Shown here: positions 29,365-38,731 of the stretch, in pieces | How positions within the stretch are numbered: the first letter of the stretch is position 1 | Layout of the letters: each line of letters opens with the position of its first letter | From: Candidatus Wallbacteria bacterium | Lineage (GTDB): Bacteria > Muiribacteriota > JAQTZZ01 | Direction of reading: 5' to 3' | DNA length: 64,000 bases | NCBI GenBank assembly: GCA_028687545.1 | Contig: JAQTZZ010000010.1 | Span: forward strand, 50,118 to 114,117 | Notes under the pieces: model-generated | What the model was told of the DNA's origin: nothing | The model's database searches: none | The model's input: only the letters and a program-made list of their open reading frames with translations | Translations under genes and position numbers: made by a program

Positions 29365-29516
29365 GCTACTTCGGATCGTTCATTCTGTCCTTATGATAAT
29401 GCGCTGCCCGGACACGGGCGGCATTCAGCGTTCGTAGTTCGGGACCATCCAAAACATTTCACAGATTTACGCTCTTAAGTTCGTTTAACTTTTCCGGCAT
29501 TATCAGCAGGAGGTAA
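29365..29516 (+). promoter_or_regulatory. Structured 5' leader of the homocysteine operon. Riboswitch or attenuator candidate.
   Basis: About 150-nt untranslated leader with a GC-rich hairpin (gcugcccg-gaca-cgggcggc at about 29403-29422). A 9-nt segment (ugauaaugc) can pair with gcauuauca immediately 5' of the AGGAGGT RBS. Confidence 0.4.
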
Positions 29517-30899
29517 ATGTCCATGGCTAAATCGATAGAAGAAATTAATGATAAGATCGCCAAGAAAACAGTCAAGGTGCTTACAGCAGAAGAAATGACC
29601 AGACTGGTCGCGGAAACCGGACCTGAAAAAGCTGCCGCGCAGGTCGATGTCGTCACTACAGGAACTTTCGGCGCCATGTGCTCGTCGGGGATGTGGTTCA
29701 ATACCGGCCATTCAGACCCGCCGATCAAAATGACCAAAGTCTGGCTGAATGATGTCGAAGCCTATACCGGCCTAGCTGCCGTTGACGGCTATATCGGAGC
29801 AACTCAGATGTCTGAGACGAGAGGAATGAAATATGGCGGAGCGCATGTCATAGAAGACCTGATTAACGGAAAACCGGTCATTCTGCGGGCAGTGGCCTAT
29901 GGAACAGACTGCTATCCCCGCAAGGAAATCGTGACTGAAATCACCCTGGCAGACCTGAATCAGGCCCTGATGTTCAATCCCCGCAACGCCTATCAGCGTT
30001 ACAACGCTGCCGCCAACACAGGTGCCAAAACTCTCTATACTTACATGGGTAAACTTTTACCCAGTGTTCAAAACGCAACCTATTCCGGTGCAGGCGAACT
30101 TTCTCCCATCAACAATGACCCTGATTTCAGGACTATCGGCATCGGCACGCGTATTTTTCTCAACGGAGCCCGCGGACACATAGTAGGCAGCGGTACTCAG
30201 CATAACCCTGATACCGGATTTTCCACCCTGATGGTGCAGGGTAATGTCAAGGAGATGCTTACGGAATACGTAAGGGCAGCCGTATTCAAGAATTACGGCT
30301 GCACGCTGTATGTCGGCATCGGTGTGCCGATTCCGGTGCTCGACGCAGATATCGCCAAACGGACAGGCATTGCCAACCGCGACCTCACGGTGGATGTGCT
30401 CGACTACAGCAAGCCAACCAGGAATCGACCGGCGCTTGGAAAAGTGACCTATGAAGAACTCAAGTCAGGCAATGTGATTATAGACGGAAAAAAGGTGCGT
30501 ACTGCTCCGATTTCCAGCTATGCCAAGGCAAAGAAGATCGCAGGCACTCTGAAGCAATGGATCGAGAAAGGCGAATTTCTGCTCAGTCAGACCTCGGAAC
30601 GCCTGTCAAAGAAAAGCGTTTACAAGCCTATGATCCAGCAGGAACCGGCAGGGTTTTCAAGTCCCAGGACAATCGACATCACCGGGGCTCTGAAGGACAA
30701 AGTGTCTAAAGACAACAGGCTCTGCGTAGAATGCGGGCTCTGCATCGGAGTTTGCAGCAATGGAGCTTACACCCGTGATCCGGACTGGCACATCCATCTT
30801 GACTCCTCTCGCTGTGTTTCCTGCGGCCAGTGCCGCGATATCTGCCCTTTCGACGCGATTGCCTTGAAGGAGGGAGAGGTATGCGTGAAGAACTGTTGA
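29517..30899 (+). CDS. COG1900/DUF39 homocysteine-biosynthesis protein fused to a C-terminal 2x[4Fe-4S] ferredoxin domain
   Basis: About 380-aa DUF39-like body, then CVECGLCIGVCSNGA and CVSCGQCRDICPFDA ferredoxin motifs. AGGAGGT RBS. The aspartate kinase context supports the call. Confidence 0.55.
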   Translation: MSMAKSIEEINDKIAKKTVKVLTAEEMTRLVAETGPEKAAAQVDVVTTGTFGAMCSSGMWFNTGHSDPPIKMTKVWLNDVEAYTGLAAVDGYIGATQMSETRGMKYGGAHVIEDLINGKPVILRAVAYGTDCYPRKEIVTEITLADLNQALMFNPRNAYQRYNAAANTGAKTLYTYMGKLLPSVQNATYSGAGELSPINNDPDFRTIGIGTRIFLNGARGHIVGSGTQHNPDTGFSTLMVQGNVKEMLTEYVRAAVFKNYGCTLYVGIGVPIPVLDADIAKRTGIANRDLTVDVLDYSKPTRNRPALGKVTYEELKSGNVIIDGKKVRTAPISSYAKAKKIAGTLKQWIEKGEFLLSQTSERLSKKSVYKPMIQQEPAGFSSPRTIDITGALKDKVSKDNRLCVECGLCIGVCSNGAYTRDPDWHIHLDSSRCVSCGQCRDICPFDAIALKEGEVCVKNC

Positions 30900-31597
30900 A
30901 AATCTATGAAACCATTGCCCGGGTTACTGCCGAGGAAGAACGCTTTATCCGCATCGCTGAAGCGGAGATTATTCTCAGGCGGAATGAATTGACCGCCTAT
31001 ATTTCCCAGGACCCGTATTTTCGCACCACACTTATGAGTCATTCAGTGAGTGAAAACGCTCCGGAGATAATCAAACGCATGACAAAAGCTACTGCCGGAT
31101 TCGGCATCGGCCCGATGGCTGCAGTGGCAGGTGCGATTGCGGAATACGCGGTGCGAGCTATGGCTGCAGCCGGTTCACGCTATGCTATCGTGGACAATGG
31201 GGGAGACATCGCCATGCTCATCGACAGGCCGGTCACAGTCGGAATTTTCACCGGTGCGGCCGGAGTGCGGTCGTTCGGCCTGCGCTTTGAACCCAGGCCC
31301 GGCCTGATCGGTATCTGTACCTCTTCGGGCAGGATCGGCCATTCGCTCAGTTTCGGTTGCACTGATGCGGCAACCGTTATTTCCGGTGATACAATCCTGG
31401 CTGATGCCGCAGCCACTGCATTGGGCAATGCAATCAAGACAAAGGAGCCCGCGTCGATGAAGCAGGCGATTGACAGCATGCTGGTCGAAGGAATCGAAGG
31501 AATGATCGCAGTGGTGGACGACTTAGCAGCATTTGGAGGCATTGTTCCAGCCATAGTGCCTGTTAAACTACCTCTGGAAAAAATTGCAGCCGCCTGA
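30881..31597 (+). CDS. UPF0280/ApbE-like (COG2122) family protein
   Basis: Likely start MREELLKIYE with AGGAGG 6 nt upstream (the track start at GTG 30830 is less likely). Gly/Ala-rich ApbE-like core GIGPMAAVAGAIAEYAV. Confidence 0.45.
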   Translation: MREELLKIYETIARVTAEEERFIRIAEAEIILRRNELTAYISQDPYFRTTLMSHSVSENAPEIIKRMTKATAGFGIGPMAAVAGAIAEYAVRAMAAAGSRYAIVDNGGDIAMLIDRPVTVGIFTGAAGVRSFGLRFEPRPGLIGICTSSGRIGHSLSFGCTDAATVISGDTILADAAATALGNAIKTKEPASMKQAIDSMLVEGIEGMIAVVDDLAAFGGIVPAIVPVKLPLEKIAAA

Positions 31598-31667
31598 TCA
31601 GAGAAAACCGCTTACACGAACTAAACAGTACCGGCCTGAAAATGCGTGGCTGGAAAGGAGAAAAAAT

Positions 31668-33038
31668 ATGAAAGTCATGAAATTCGGAGGCGGCTGCCTA
31701 AAAGATGCCGCTGATTTTATCCGGACTGCTGATATTATCAGAAATGACACTGACGAGACCATTGTCGTAGTATCGGCTGTGTCCGGAGTGACCGATCTGC
31801 TTCTCTCAGGAATTCAGACAGCCCTCGACTCGGAACACAATGTTCCGGGACTCCTCTCGAACCTGCTTTCAGTTCATGAGAACATAGTCAAATCATGCAT
31901 CCGCAAACCCAAAGAACGCCTCCAAGTGATGAAAGCCATTGAACAACGGATTGACAATCTTAAGAGACAATTTTTCGGTGCAGCTTATTCCGGTGAGATC
32001 AGCGCTGCGCTCAAAGCCGTGATTTTAAGTTACGGAGAAAGGTTTTCCGCTTTGATTCTGTCCGGCGTTTTGAACGACATCGGCTTGGATGCTGAGGCCA
32101 TGGAAGCCGACAAAATAGGGATGATCACAGATGAGTCCTGTGAAAATGCCACAATGATTCCGGAACTGGTCAGAAAGGAGATGAGGGAGCAACTGATCCA
32201 GGCAGTCGGCTGCGGAAGAATATCGGTTGTGACCGGCTTTTTCGGCCGATCTGAAACCGGAAAGGTGACGACTTTCGGCCGCAACGGATCTGATTATTCC
32301 GCAGCAGTCGTTGCTTATGCCGTTAACGCGGATTCCCTGGAGATCTGGAAGGATGTGGATGGCTTCATGACCGCAGACCCGAAGATGGTGAAGAATGCCG
32401 GTCGCATCGACCGGCTGTCTTACTACGAAGCAGCGGAACTTTCGTATTTCGGAGCCAAAATCCTGCATCCCCGTACTGTGGAACCGCTGGTGGAGCTTGG
32501 AACGCCCCTGTACATCAAAAATGTCGGTAAACCGGACAGCAACGGTACCTTAATAGGCGCGCCCGGTTATACAAGGGAGGATATAATCAAAAGCGTTACC
32601 TGCAGCCGCAAGATGGCTGTATTGCGCATCCAGGGACCCGGCATCGGGTTCAAACCAGGCATCATCAGCGAAATCGGCCGCCTGATCGCAGGCGCAGGGA
32701 TCAACATCTATTCGGTCATCACTTCTCAAACCTGTATCAATCTGCTTGTTGACAAGGGAGACTCGAGTAAGGGAATCGAAGTTCTGTCCCCTCTTTGCGG
32801 GGGGGTGATTGAGAAAATCGACCTGCAGGACAGGATCGCCTTGATCGGAGCCGTGGGAGAAGGCCTGATCCACACACCTGGTCTGGCTGCGCGCATGTTC
32901 ACAGTTGTGGCCAGGGAACACGTCAATATTCAGATGATCTCGGCTGGTGCATCAGACATTGCCTACTACTTCATTGTGGACGAGGAAGACGTAGAAAAGG
33001 CAATCATTGCCATACATGGAGAATTCTTTTGCGTATGA
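31668..33038 (+). CDS. lysC: Aspartate kinase
   Basis: MKVMKFGG start after an AAGGAG RBS. GRNGSDYSAAVVA and DVDGFMTADP motifs. Two C-terminal ACT-like repeats. Confidence 0.85.
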   Translation: MKVMKFGGGCLKDAADFIRTADIIRNDTDETIVVVSAVSGVTDLLLSGIQTALDSEHNVPGLLSNLLSVHENIVKSCIRKPKERLQVMKAIEQRIDNLKRQFFGAAYSGEISAALKAVILSYGERFSALILSGVLNDIGLDAEAMEADKIGMITDESCENATMIPELVRKEMREQLIQAVGCGRISVVTGFFGRSETGKVTTFGRNGSDYSAAVVAYAVNADSLEIWKDVDGFMTADPKMVKNAGRIDRLSYYEAAELSYFGAKILHPRTVEPLVELGTPLYIKNVGKPDSNGTLIGAPGYTREDIIKSVTCSRKMAVLRIQGPGIGFKPGIISEIGRLIAGAGINIYSVITSQTCINLLVDKGDSSKGIEVLSPLCGGVIEKIDLQDRIALIGAVGEGLIHTPGLAARMFTVVAREHVNIQMISAGASDIAYYFIVDEEDVEKAIIAIHGEFFCV

Positions 33039-33133
33039 AACCGTTTTCAGGATTTGTAAGGCTCGCTTGATTTAGCTTTTTTTCAGCCGCCCGAAATTGA
33101 AATTCTGAAATCCGGAGTTTAACATTCATTCAT

Positions 33134-33410
33134 ATGAACAAGAAGTTTCATAATGTAACAAGGGACGGTATTATCGGTCTGCTTGCCGGCAAATCGGCCC
33201 TGACCGGGTGCGGTAAGATCGTGGTTTTTTCAGGACCAAGGCCGAAAACAGGTGCTAAAATCACGTCCGATGTTTTCACATATGTTTTGCCGGGTCTGGC
33301 TGAGCCCGAGACCAGAATGATGATTGACTCAATCTTCGAGTTTCAATGCCTTACTCAGCGGGTTTTCGAAATGATCCAGCTTTTCCCAGTTATACAGTAT
33401 TTATTCTGAA
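33134..33410 (+). pseudogene. Chimeric remnant: internally deleted N-terminus of a P-loop NTPase paralog joined to the 3' end of a VOC gene
   Basis: GIIGLLAGKSALTGCGKIVVFSGPRPKTGAKITSDVFTYVLPGLAEPETRMMIDSIFEFQ matches 52302-55478 and 9578-12217 but lacks the P-loop region. The segment cttactcagcgggttttcgaaatgatccagcttttcccagtta at about 33350-33410 matches the VOC 3' end at about 17395-17440. Confidence 0.55.
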
Positions 33411-33465
33411 TGAAAAAAAGCTAAATACTTCAAATCTTGTCACAATATCAATCGCGGTCAGATAC

Positions 33466-35100
33466 TTACTGGCCGAAGCTTTTCAGCGCCTTGTTGAGAA
33501 CAGTGTCTGTCCCCTGCAGGTAGTCGCTCTCGCTCTGCACCGCATAAATATCAGGCTTCAGGGACAGGTCGCTGTCGTAGGCCGGAGTGTCCACATTGAT
33601 CCAGATCCTGTAAGGAATCGAGGTCTGGATGTCGGCAAACTCCAGGTTGTGCTTGAAGCCCTTTTCAGTGGAATTGTTGTTCCCGCCGGTATTGCTGCCT
33701 ATTATCGTGCCGAGTTTCATCGCCGAAAAGCAGACCGCGCAGTCAAATGCAGTGGAAAAAGTCTTCCTGCCGACCAGCAGCCTGACTTCACCGGTGAACA
33801 TCTTTTCAGCTGTGGGAGTATACGCCTCATGGGTATAGCGGCGTGACTCTCCGATAGCCAGGTCGTCGTCGAACTTGATCCCGTCATCCCTGGCTTCCTT
33901 GGAGCAGCGGTCCAGGTTAGCCTCCCAGAATTTGAAATTCCGGTCAGAAATCCTGCTCAGCAGATGCACAAGTCCGTCCGTGTGGCCACCGCCGTTTTGC
34001 CGCAGGTCTATCACCAGTTTATGAATGCCCGCGGTCCGGATCTCACTGAAGCATTTGTCTACAGATTCCTTGAACCATGGCTCTTTCCAGAATCCCATAA
34101 GTTTGAGCACTGCCACATCTCCGATCCGAGTCATCTCAACCGGTTTGCCGGAAAAAAGCTGGGTCTGGGGGTAATGCAGCACATCCTGATACGTCACTCC
34201 TTTCAGGGTGATTTCCTCCTCCCTGGAAAGCGCCCGTAGCTTCAGCCTGGCCTGCTCTGTGCTGCCAAAGGCCAGGTAATAGAAGAACTGGAAGTTGTCG
34301 GCAATCTCGTCCATCTTGTTCTGGACAGTGTCGCCGCTTGCCATTGGAACCAGTTCTTCAAGTATGGATTCGATCTTGACTCCGTTGATTTCCAGGATTT
34401 TGGCCTTTTTGTCAGAGTAATGCCCGGGCTTCATATATACTCCGCTTTCCATGATTTCCACATGCAGGGGCAGAAATCTGTCGTTCCCGAGCAGCAGACC
34501 GGCTGAAAAAGCGTCGGAAAGCTGTGTGGTCATGGCTCCGGCGTGGCCGTCATTGAGAAGGGAAAAGAAGCAGGCCAGCTTCCTGACAAGAGAGCGCAGG
34601 TCTAGATTCTCTTTCTTGGAAAGGTCTGTCTGCATGAATGCGGTCAGATACTTTTTTGCAGCCTTGTAGTCCTGGCCGTCGTATTTCACGTAGCCGTTGT
34701 CCATGGCCTTCAGCAGCCCAGTCAACTGATCAGAGGCTTTTTTAGTGGAGACGGTGTATGTTTCCCTGACTATGCCGAGATTGAACGACATGTCGTCCGA
34801 AAAAGTGGCATTCACTTCCCTGGTTTTGCCGTAGGACAGCATTATGAATTTTTCCGGTCCGCTTTCCTTGAATGCGCCGTTGGCAGCCTCGATGAGTTTG
34901 CTCGAATCCTGGTATCCTGTCACTTTTGTGCCGTTAATATCCAGGAAAACATCTCCAGGGATCAGCAGATTGTCCGGGACCCCGGACGTTGAGGAAATCA
35001 TCATGTAGTAATCGCCCTCAGCCGCCTGGATAGAAAGAAAAGCAACCGCGCAGAGCATGATAATGAAATACTTTTTCATGCAGCCTCCGATTATTTTCAT
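33466..35100 (-). CDS. Secreted S41-family peptidase (C-terminal processing/tricorn-like)
   Basis: LVIDLRQNGGGH S41 motif. Signal peptide from MKKYFIIMLCAVAFLSIQA. Confidence 0.7.
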   Translation of the reverse strand: MKIIGGCMKKYFIIMLCAVAFLSIQAAEGDYYMMISSTSGVPDNLLIPGDVFLDINGTKVTGYQDSSKLIEAANGAFKESGPEKFIMLSYGKTREVNATFSDDMSFNLGIVRETYTVSTKKASDQLTGLLKAMDNGYVKYDGQDYKAAKKYLTAFMQTDLSKKENLDLRSLVRKLACFFSLLNDGHAGAMTTQLSDAFSAGLLLGNDRFLPLHVEIMESGVYMKPGHYSDKKAKILEINGVKIESILEELVPMASGDTVQNKMDEIADNFQFFYYLAFGSTEQARLKLRALSREEEITLKGVTYQDVLHYPQTQLFSGKPVEMTRIGDVAVLKLMGFWKEPWFKESVDKCFSEIRTAGIHKLVIDLRQNGGGHTDGLVHLLSRISDRNFKFWEANLDRCSKEARDDGIKFDDDLAIGESRRYTHEAYTPTAEKMFTGEVRLLVGRKTFSTAFDCAVCFSAMKLGTIIGSNTGGNNNSTEKGFKHNLEFADIQTSIPYRIWINVDTPAYDSDLSLKPDIYAVQSESDYLQGTDTVLNKALKSFGQ

Positions 35101-35176
35101 TTTAGTCCTCTAAGTATGATTATGCTCAGAAACGAATGAAATTGAAATACTAATTTGACGAGTCCATCGGACAACA

Positions 35177-35623
35177 TCAGTGTTCCTGTTTTCCAACACT
35201 ATACGCTTCTTTAAACCATTCTCTAAGTTCCGTGTCAAAGTCTTCCAGACGTTCGATTCTGAAGTGATGTACGTGATTTCTAGGGGATACTGTTTCAATT
35301 TTTCTGAAGCGTGACTTTTCAAGTCGTCTTGCAAGGACCACATGAGCATCCAAACACCCATTAGAAAGCTTATTTGCCGCAGCAAAAATCATTCTCACCT
35401 GAAAACCAACTCTTGTTTTGGCCGGTGCAAGAAGTATGGGACCAATTGATTCCAGTTCTTTAACGAAGGTTCTGTATAAGGCAACCTCGTGGGCGGAGCG
35501 TCCCTTGAGAAAGTCTTCTTCAGAAGCCTTAACGCAAGAATGCGACTGATCACAGTTGGCAAAATGCCTATTACATTTGGGACATTTCCAAAGAGGCTTT
35601 TCTTTAATAGTTTTATTTCCCAT
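35177..35623 (-). CDS. Zinc-ribbon-containing hypothetical protein (DUF5655-like)
   Basis: WKCPKCNRHFANCDQSHSC N-terminal C4/C2HC knuckle. 148 aa. Confidence 0.35.
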   Translation of the reverse strand: MGNKTIKEKPLWKCPKCNRHFANCDQSHSCVKASEEDFLKGRSAHEVALYRTFVKELESIGPILLAPAKTRVGFQVRMIFAAANKLSNGCLDAHVVLARRLEKSRFRKIETVSPRNHVHHFRIERLEDFDTELREWFKEAYSVGKQEH

Positions 35624-35651
35624 TTTGCCCTCCTGTATTGATCCCTTTGTT

Positions 35652-35966
35652 TCAACCTGGGGAAGTTCCGGCTCTTTTTCTCAGGATGGTCAAACGTTCG
35701 TTCAGGGATTTCTGGAATTCCTCATCAGACAGCGAAGGATCTCGCAATTTCAAAAAGGTCTCGCAGGGCAGCTGTGAACACAGACCGCAATGTTCCAGGA
35801 GCCTTTCATTCGTGCAGCAATAATAGATCGGGCATCTTGAATTCTCCACATATGAACTCCAATAAGGCTTGCCTTCAGTCTGCCTGCACCCGGCGCAATC
35901 TTTCCTGAAATGCGAACAGCCTCCACAGGTATAGCCGCATGGAGGCGCGGTATTTACGTCAAACAT
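35652..35966 (-). CDS. DUF3795-like cysteine-rich protein, paralog B
   Basis: About 75% identical to 16926-17231. Confidence 0.55.
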   Translation of the reverse strand: MFDVNTAPPCGYTCGGCSHFRKDCAGCRQTEGKPYWSSYVENSRCPIYYCCTNERLLEHCGLCSQLPCETFLKLRDPSLSDEEFQKSLNERLTILRKRAGTSPG

Positions 35967-36330
35967 TTCCCCTCCTTCGTGAAACTTTGGTTTTGTTGTT
36001 TTTTTCGGCCGGCTCAGGAAGCTCCTCCGCCGTAAGCCTGATCAGTTCGCTGATCCATTCACGGTCTTCAAACCTGTCTTCGATCAGAAAATAAGGCTTC
36101 GCACCTGGATACCTTTCACCCTCGGTCACTTCGCCGATAAAGGCTCTTCCACTTTCCGTCGGCTTGATGAACAGCCGGTCATCACAAACCATGGCAACCA
36201 GTTTGCCGCCACAGTAAATTCCATACTCGCCGAACATCTTTTTGTATGTGATCACGCCTGCACTTTCCATCTGCTCCACTATGAATTCAACAAAATCTTT
36301 TCCTGACGCCATTTTCTCTCCTTTCCGCAC
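35959..36330 (-). CDS. TfoX/Sxy N-terminal-domain protein
   Basis: DFVEFIVEQME...YKKMFGEYGIY..GKLVAMVCDDRLFIK matches the TfoX_N pattern. The alternative start at 36312 (MASGKDF) is shared with the VOC gene. Confidence 0.55.
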   Translation of the reverse strand: MRKGEKMASGKDFVEFIVEQMESAGVITYKKMFGEYGIYCGGKLVAMVCDDRLFIKPTESGRAFIGEVTEGERYPGAKPYFLIEDRFEDREWISELIRLTAEELPEPAEKNNKTKVSRRRGNV

Positions 36331-36475
36331 CTTGTATAGTGATTATTTTACAGCATTTGTCCGGAATAAAAAGCAGAAAAGCATATCAAAACACATCAGA
36401 AAGAGGCTGGATAGATGCGCTTTGAGGTATTTTTATGCTGAGAAAACCGGATTCCCGTGATACAATTTGTAAGTT

Positions 36476-37063
36476 GTGAAGAAAATTTATGATGATAAAA
36501 TCATGGAAGTGAACCTAAAATCCGGGTCTGATTTTTTTGTAGCCGGAGAAACTTTCAAAGCCCCATTGAGCAGAGAAATCCAAAAGGAATACAATAACCT
36601 AATCCGTCAGGCAGCGGGCCTTTCTACTGAACAGAGGACCAGAAAGGAAATCAGTGGAACAGGCGGACTGGTCAGTCCGGCTGATCTCATCGCCTACCAG
36701 ATCGGATGGGGAAAATTGGTCATCGGCTGGTATGAAGCAGGAATCAAAGGAATCATGCCCGACATGCCGGGGGATGGTTTTAATACCTGGAATTACACAG
36801 GACTGGCACTGCATTTTTATGAAAAATATCAATTCCACAGCCAAGACGAACAGTATCAGGAATTTTTCAGCATAGTACAGCGTTTGATCCGAATCGTGGA
36901 AGCTGAGCACGGGATCGGCAACCTCGAAAAACCTGGAGTGTGGGAATGGTGCAGACTCAAGTCCGGCAAATACTGGCCCCTGAGCAAGTGGATTCGGGTA
37001 AACACTGTGTCACCTTACAAAAAAGCTGCGGGTATGATAAAAAAAACTAGAGGATTCAAATAG
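36476..37063 (+). CDS. ClbS/DfsB-family (DUF1706) four-helix-bundle protein
   Basis: LIAYQIGWGKLVIGWYEAG...GMPDMPGDGFNTWNYTGLALHFYEKY matches the ClbS/DfsB pattern. Confidence 0.6.
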   Translation: MKKIYDDKIMEVNLKSGSDFFVAGETFKAPLSREIQKEYNNLIRQAAGLSTEQRTRKEISGTGGLVSPADLIAYQIGWGKLVIGWYEAGIKGIMPDMPGDGFNTWNYTGLALHFYEKYQFHSQDEQYQEFFSIVQRLIRIVEAEHGIGNLEKPGVWEWCRLKSGKYWPLSKWIRVNTVSPYKKAAGMIKKTRGFK

Positions 37064-37073
37064 GGAGCAAGCG

Positions 37074-37913
37074 ATGAAGTACATTTTGGGAATTCCTTCA
37101 GCCTGGGGATCATTTTTCAATGGACCTGAAGCGAGCCCTGCGGCGATCCGCGAAGCCGGACTTTCCGATGCATTCAAATCAAGAGGCGTGGAATTCGAGG
37201 ATCTTGGCGATCTGCAGCTTCCTCCATTGATGTCCAGGCACAGCGTACCACCCATCAGGCATTACCCGTCCCCCAGGATTGTCTGGGAATTGACCTTGAA
37301 GGAGCTAGAGCCTGTGATCAGGAAAAGCGACCGGGTATTGCTGCTCGGCGGAGACTGCAGCATAGTAATCGGTTCCATGAAAGCCATGAATACTGTCTAT
37401 GGAAATTCAGCATATCTTCTCTATCTCGACGGACACATGGATTGCGAGATTCCTGTGGCAGATAAATGCGCAGGCGCGGCAGGCTTCGGCCTCTATCTGC
37501 TCACGGAGCCAAATCCATTCTGGCCTTCTCCGACCATCACTGAACAGCAGCTGATGATTATGGGAGTGCATGTCATGCCGACTGACTGCAAAAAAGTTCT
37601 GCCTCATTTAAGCCTTGCACAGATGCGCAAAACAGGTATCCGCGTCTCTGCCTTGAAGATTCTCTCTGCAATCGGGGCAGGCATGAAAATATTGGTGCAT
37701 CTGGACGTGGATGTAATGAATCAGGAAACCATGCCTGCAGCTTATTCTCCAGGTAATGAAGGGCTGACACTTGATGAAATGCAGGAACTGCTGTCAGTTG
37801 TCATGCAGGATCAGCGGGTGAAACTGCTTGAAGTGACTGAATTCGATCCTCAGAAAGATCCTGCAGGCAAATCAGGAGCAGATATAGTAAAGCTGCTCGC
37901 AGGAGCGCTCTGA
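37074..37913 (+). CDS. Arginase/agmatinase (ureohydrolase)-fold protein, paralog 2
   Basis: Same motifs as 7732-8574 (DGHMD, GGDCS, HLDVDVMNQ), including about 130 bp of shared upstream DNA. Confidence 0.7.
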   Translation: MKYILGIPSAWGSFFNGPEASPAAIREAGLSDAFKSRGVEFEDLGDLQLPPLMSRHSVPPIRHYPSPRIVWELTLKELEPVIRKSDRVLLLGGDCSIVIGSMKAMNTVYGNSAYLLYLDGHMDCEIPVADKCAGAAGFGLYLLTEPNPFWPSPTITEQQLMIMGVHVMPTDCKKVLPHLSLAQMRKTGIRVSALKILSAIGAGMKILVHLDVDVMNQETMPAAYSPGNEGLTLDEMQELLSVVMQDQRVKLLEVTEFDPQKDPAGKSGADIVKLLAGAL

Positions 37914-38102
37914 TTCAAAGTCAGGGATTTTGTTCGGAATGCAGCTTCAGTTCAGGAGCGGACTGGTTGGAGAATTCCTCCAGACTGAGCAAACCTTTCC
38001 ATCAAGTTGCAGAAACTCATAGGAATACCATTTTGAAATAAATGCTTTCTTTGTCCAACTATGTTATACTTAATGTAACAACAACATGTATACGGAGAAT
38101 TC

Positions 38103-38330
38103 ATGATCAAGCATCTGTTCAAGCATGGGAATAGTCTGGCTCTGCTGATAGACAAGAGCATACTCGAACTTCTGGGAGCTGACGAGAAAACAGAGTTCCA
38201 TCTTACCACTGACGGAAGATCACTCGTGATTTCTCCGATTTCAGACCCGGACCGACCTGAAAAATTGAAGAAAACTAAGCAAAAGGGCAAGCGCAAGTAC
38301 TCCAGGATGTTGAAAAAACTCGCGGAATGA
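38103..38330 (+). CDS. AbrB/MazE/SpoVT-type antitoxin
   Basis: MIKHLFKHGNSLALLIDKSILELLG swapped-hairpin N-terminus. Lys-rich tail. 4-bp overlap (ATGA) with the toxin. Confidence 0.75.
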   Translation: MIKHLFKHGNSLALLIDKSILELLGADEKTEFHLTTDGRSLVISPISDPDRPEKLKKTKQKGKRKYSRMLKKLAE

Positions 38331-38719
38331 AGGAAATCCTGTTCCTCACTCTGGCGGAAGTGCTGGACATTCACCGGGAGCTGATCGAAGAATTCGGAGG
38401 AAGCCCCGGCCTCCGTGATCTTGGTCTTCTTGAATCTGCTCTGGCTCTTCCTGCGGCCGGATTTGATGCCACTTATTTCCATGAAGACATTTTTGCCATG
38501 GCTGCGGCATATCTGTTCCATCTCTGCCGGAACCATCCCTTCCTGGACGGCAACAAACGCACTGCGGCACTTGCAGCTTACGCATTTCTCGGTTTGAATG
38601 GTCTTGATCTGACTGCTTCGCCTGCAGCATATTATAATCTGGTGATGCGGGTCGCTGAAGGCAAATCAGGCAAAGACAAAATCAGCGCATTCTTCAGGAA
38701 ATACTGCCGGGGACTATAG
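38327..38719 (+). CDS. doc: Doc (death-on-curing, Fic-fold) toxin
   Basis: HPFLDGNKRTA Fic/Doc motif. 130 aa. Confidence 0.85.
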   Translation: MKEILFLTLAEVLDIHRELIEEFGGSPGLRDLGLLESALALPAAGFDATYFHEDIFAMAAAYLFHLCRNHPFLDGNKRTAALAAYAFLGLNGLDLTASPAAYYNLVMRVAEGKSGKDKISAFFRKYCRGL

Positions 38720-38731
38720 ACCTTCTCATTT

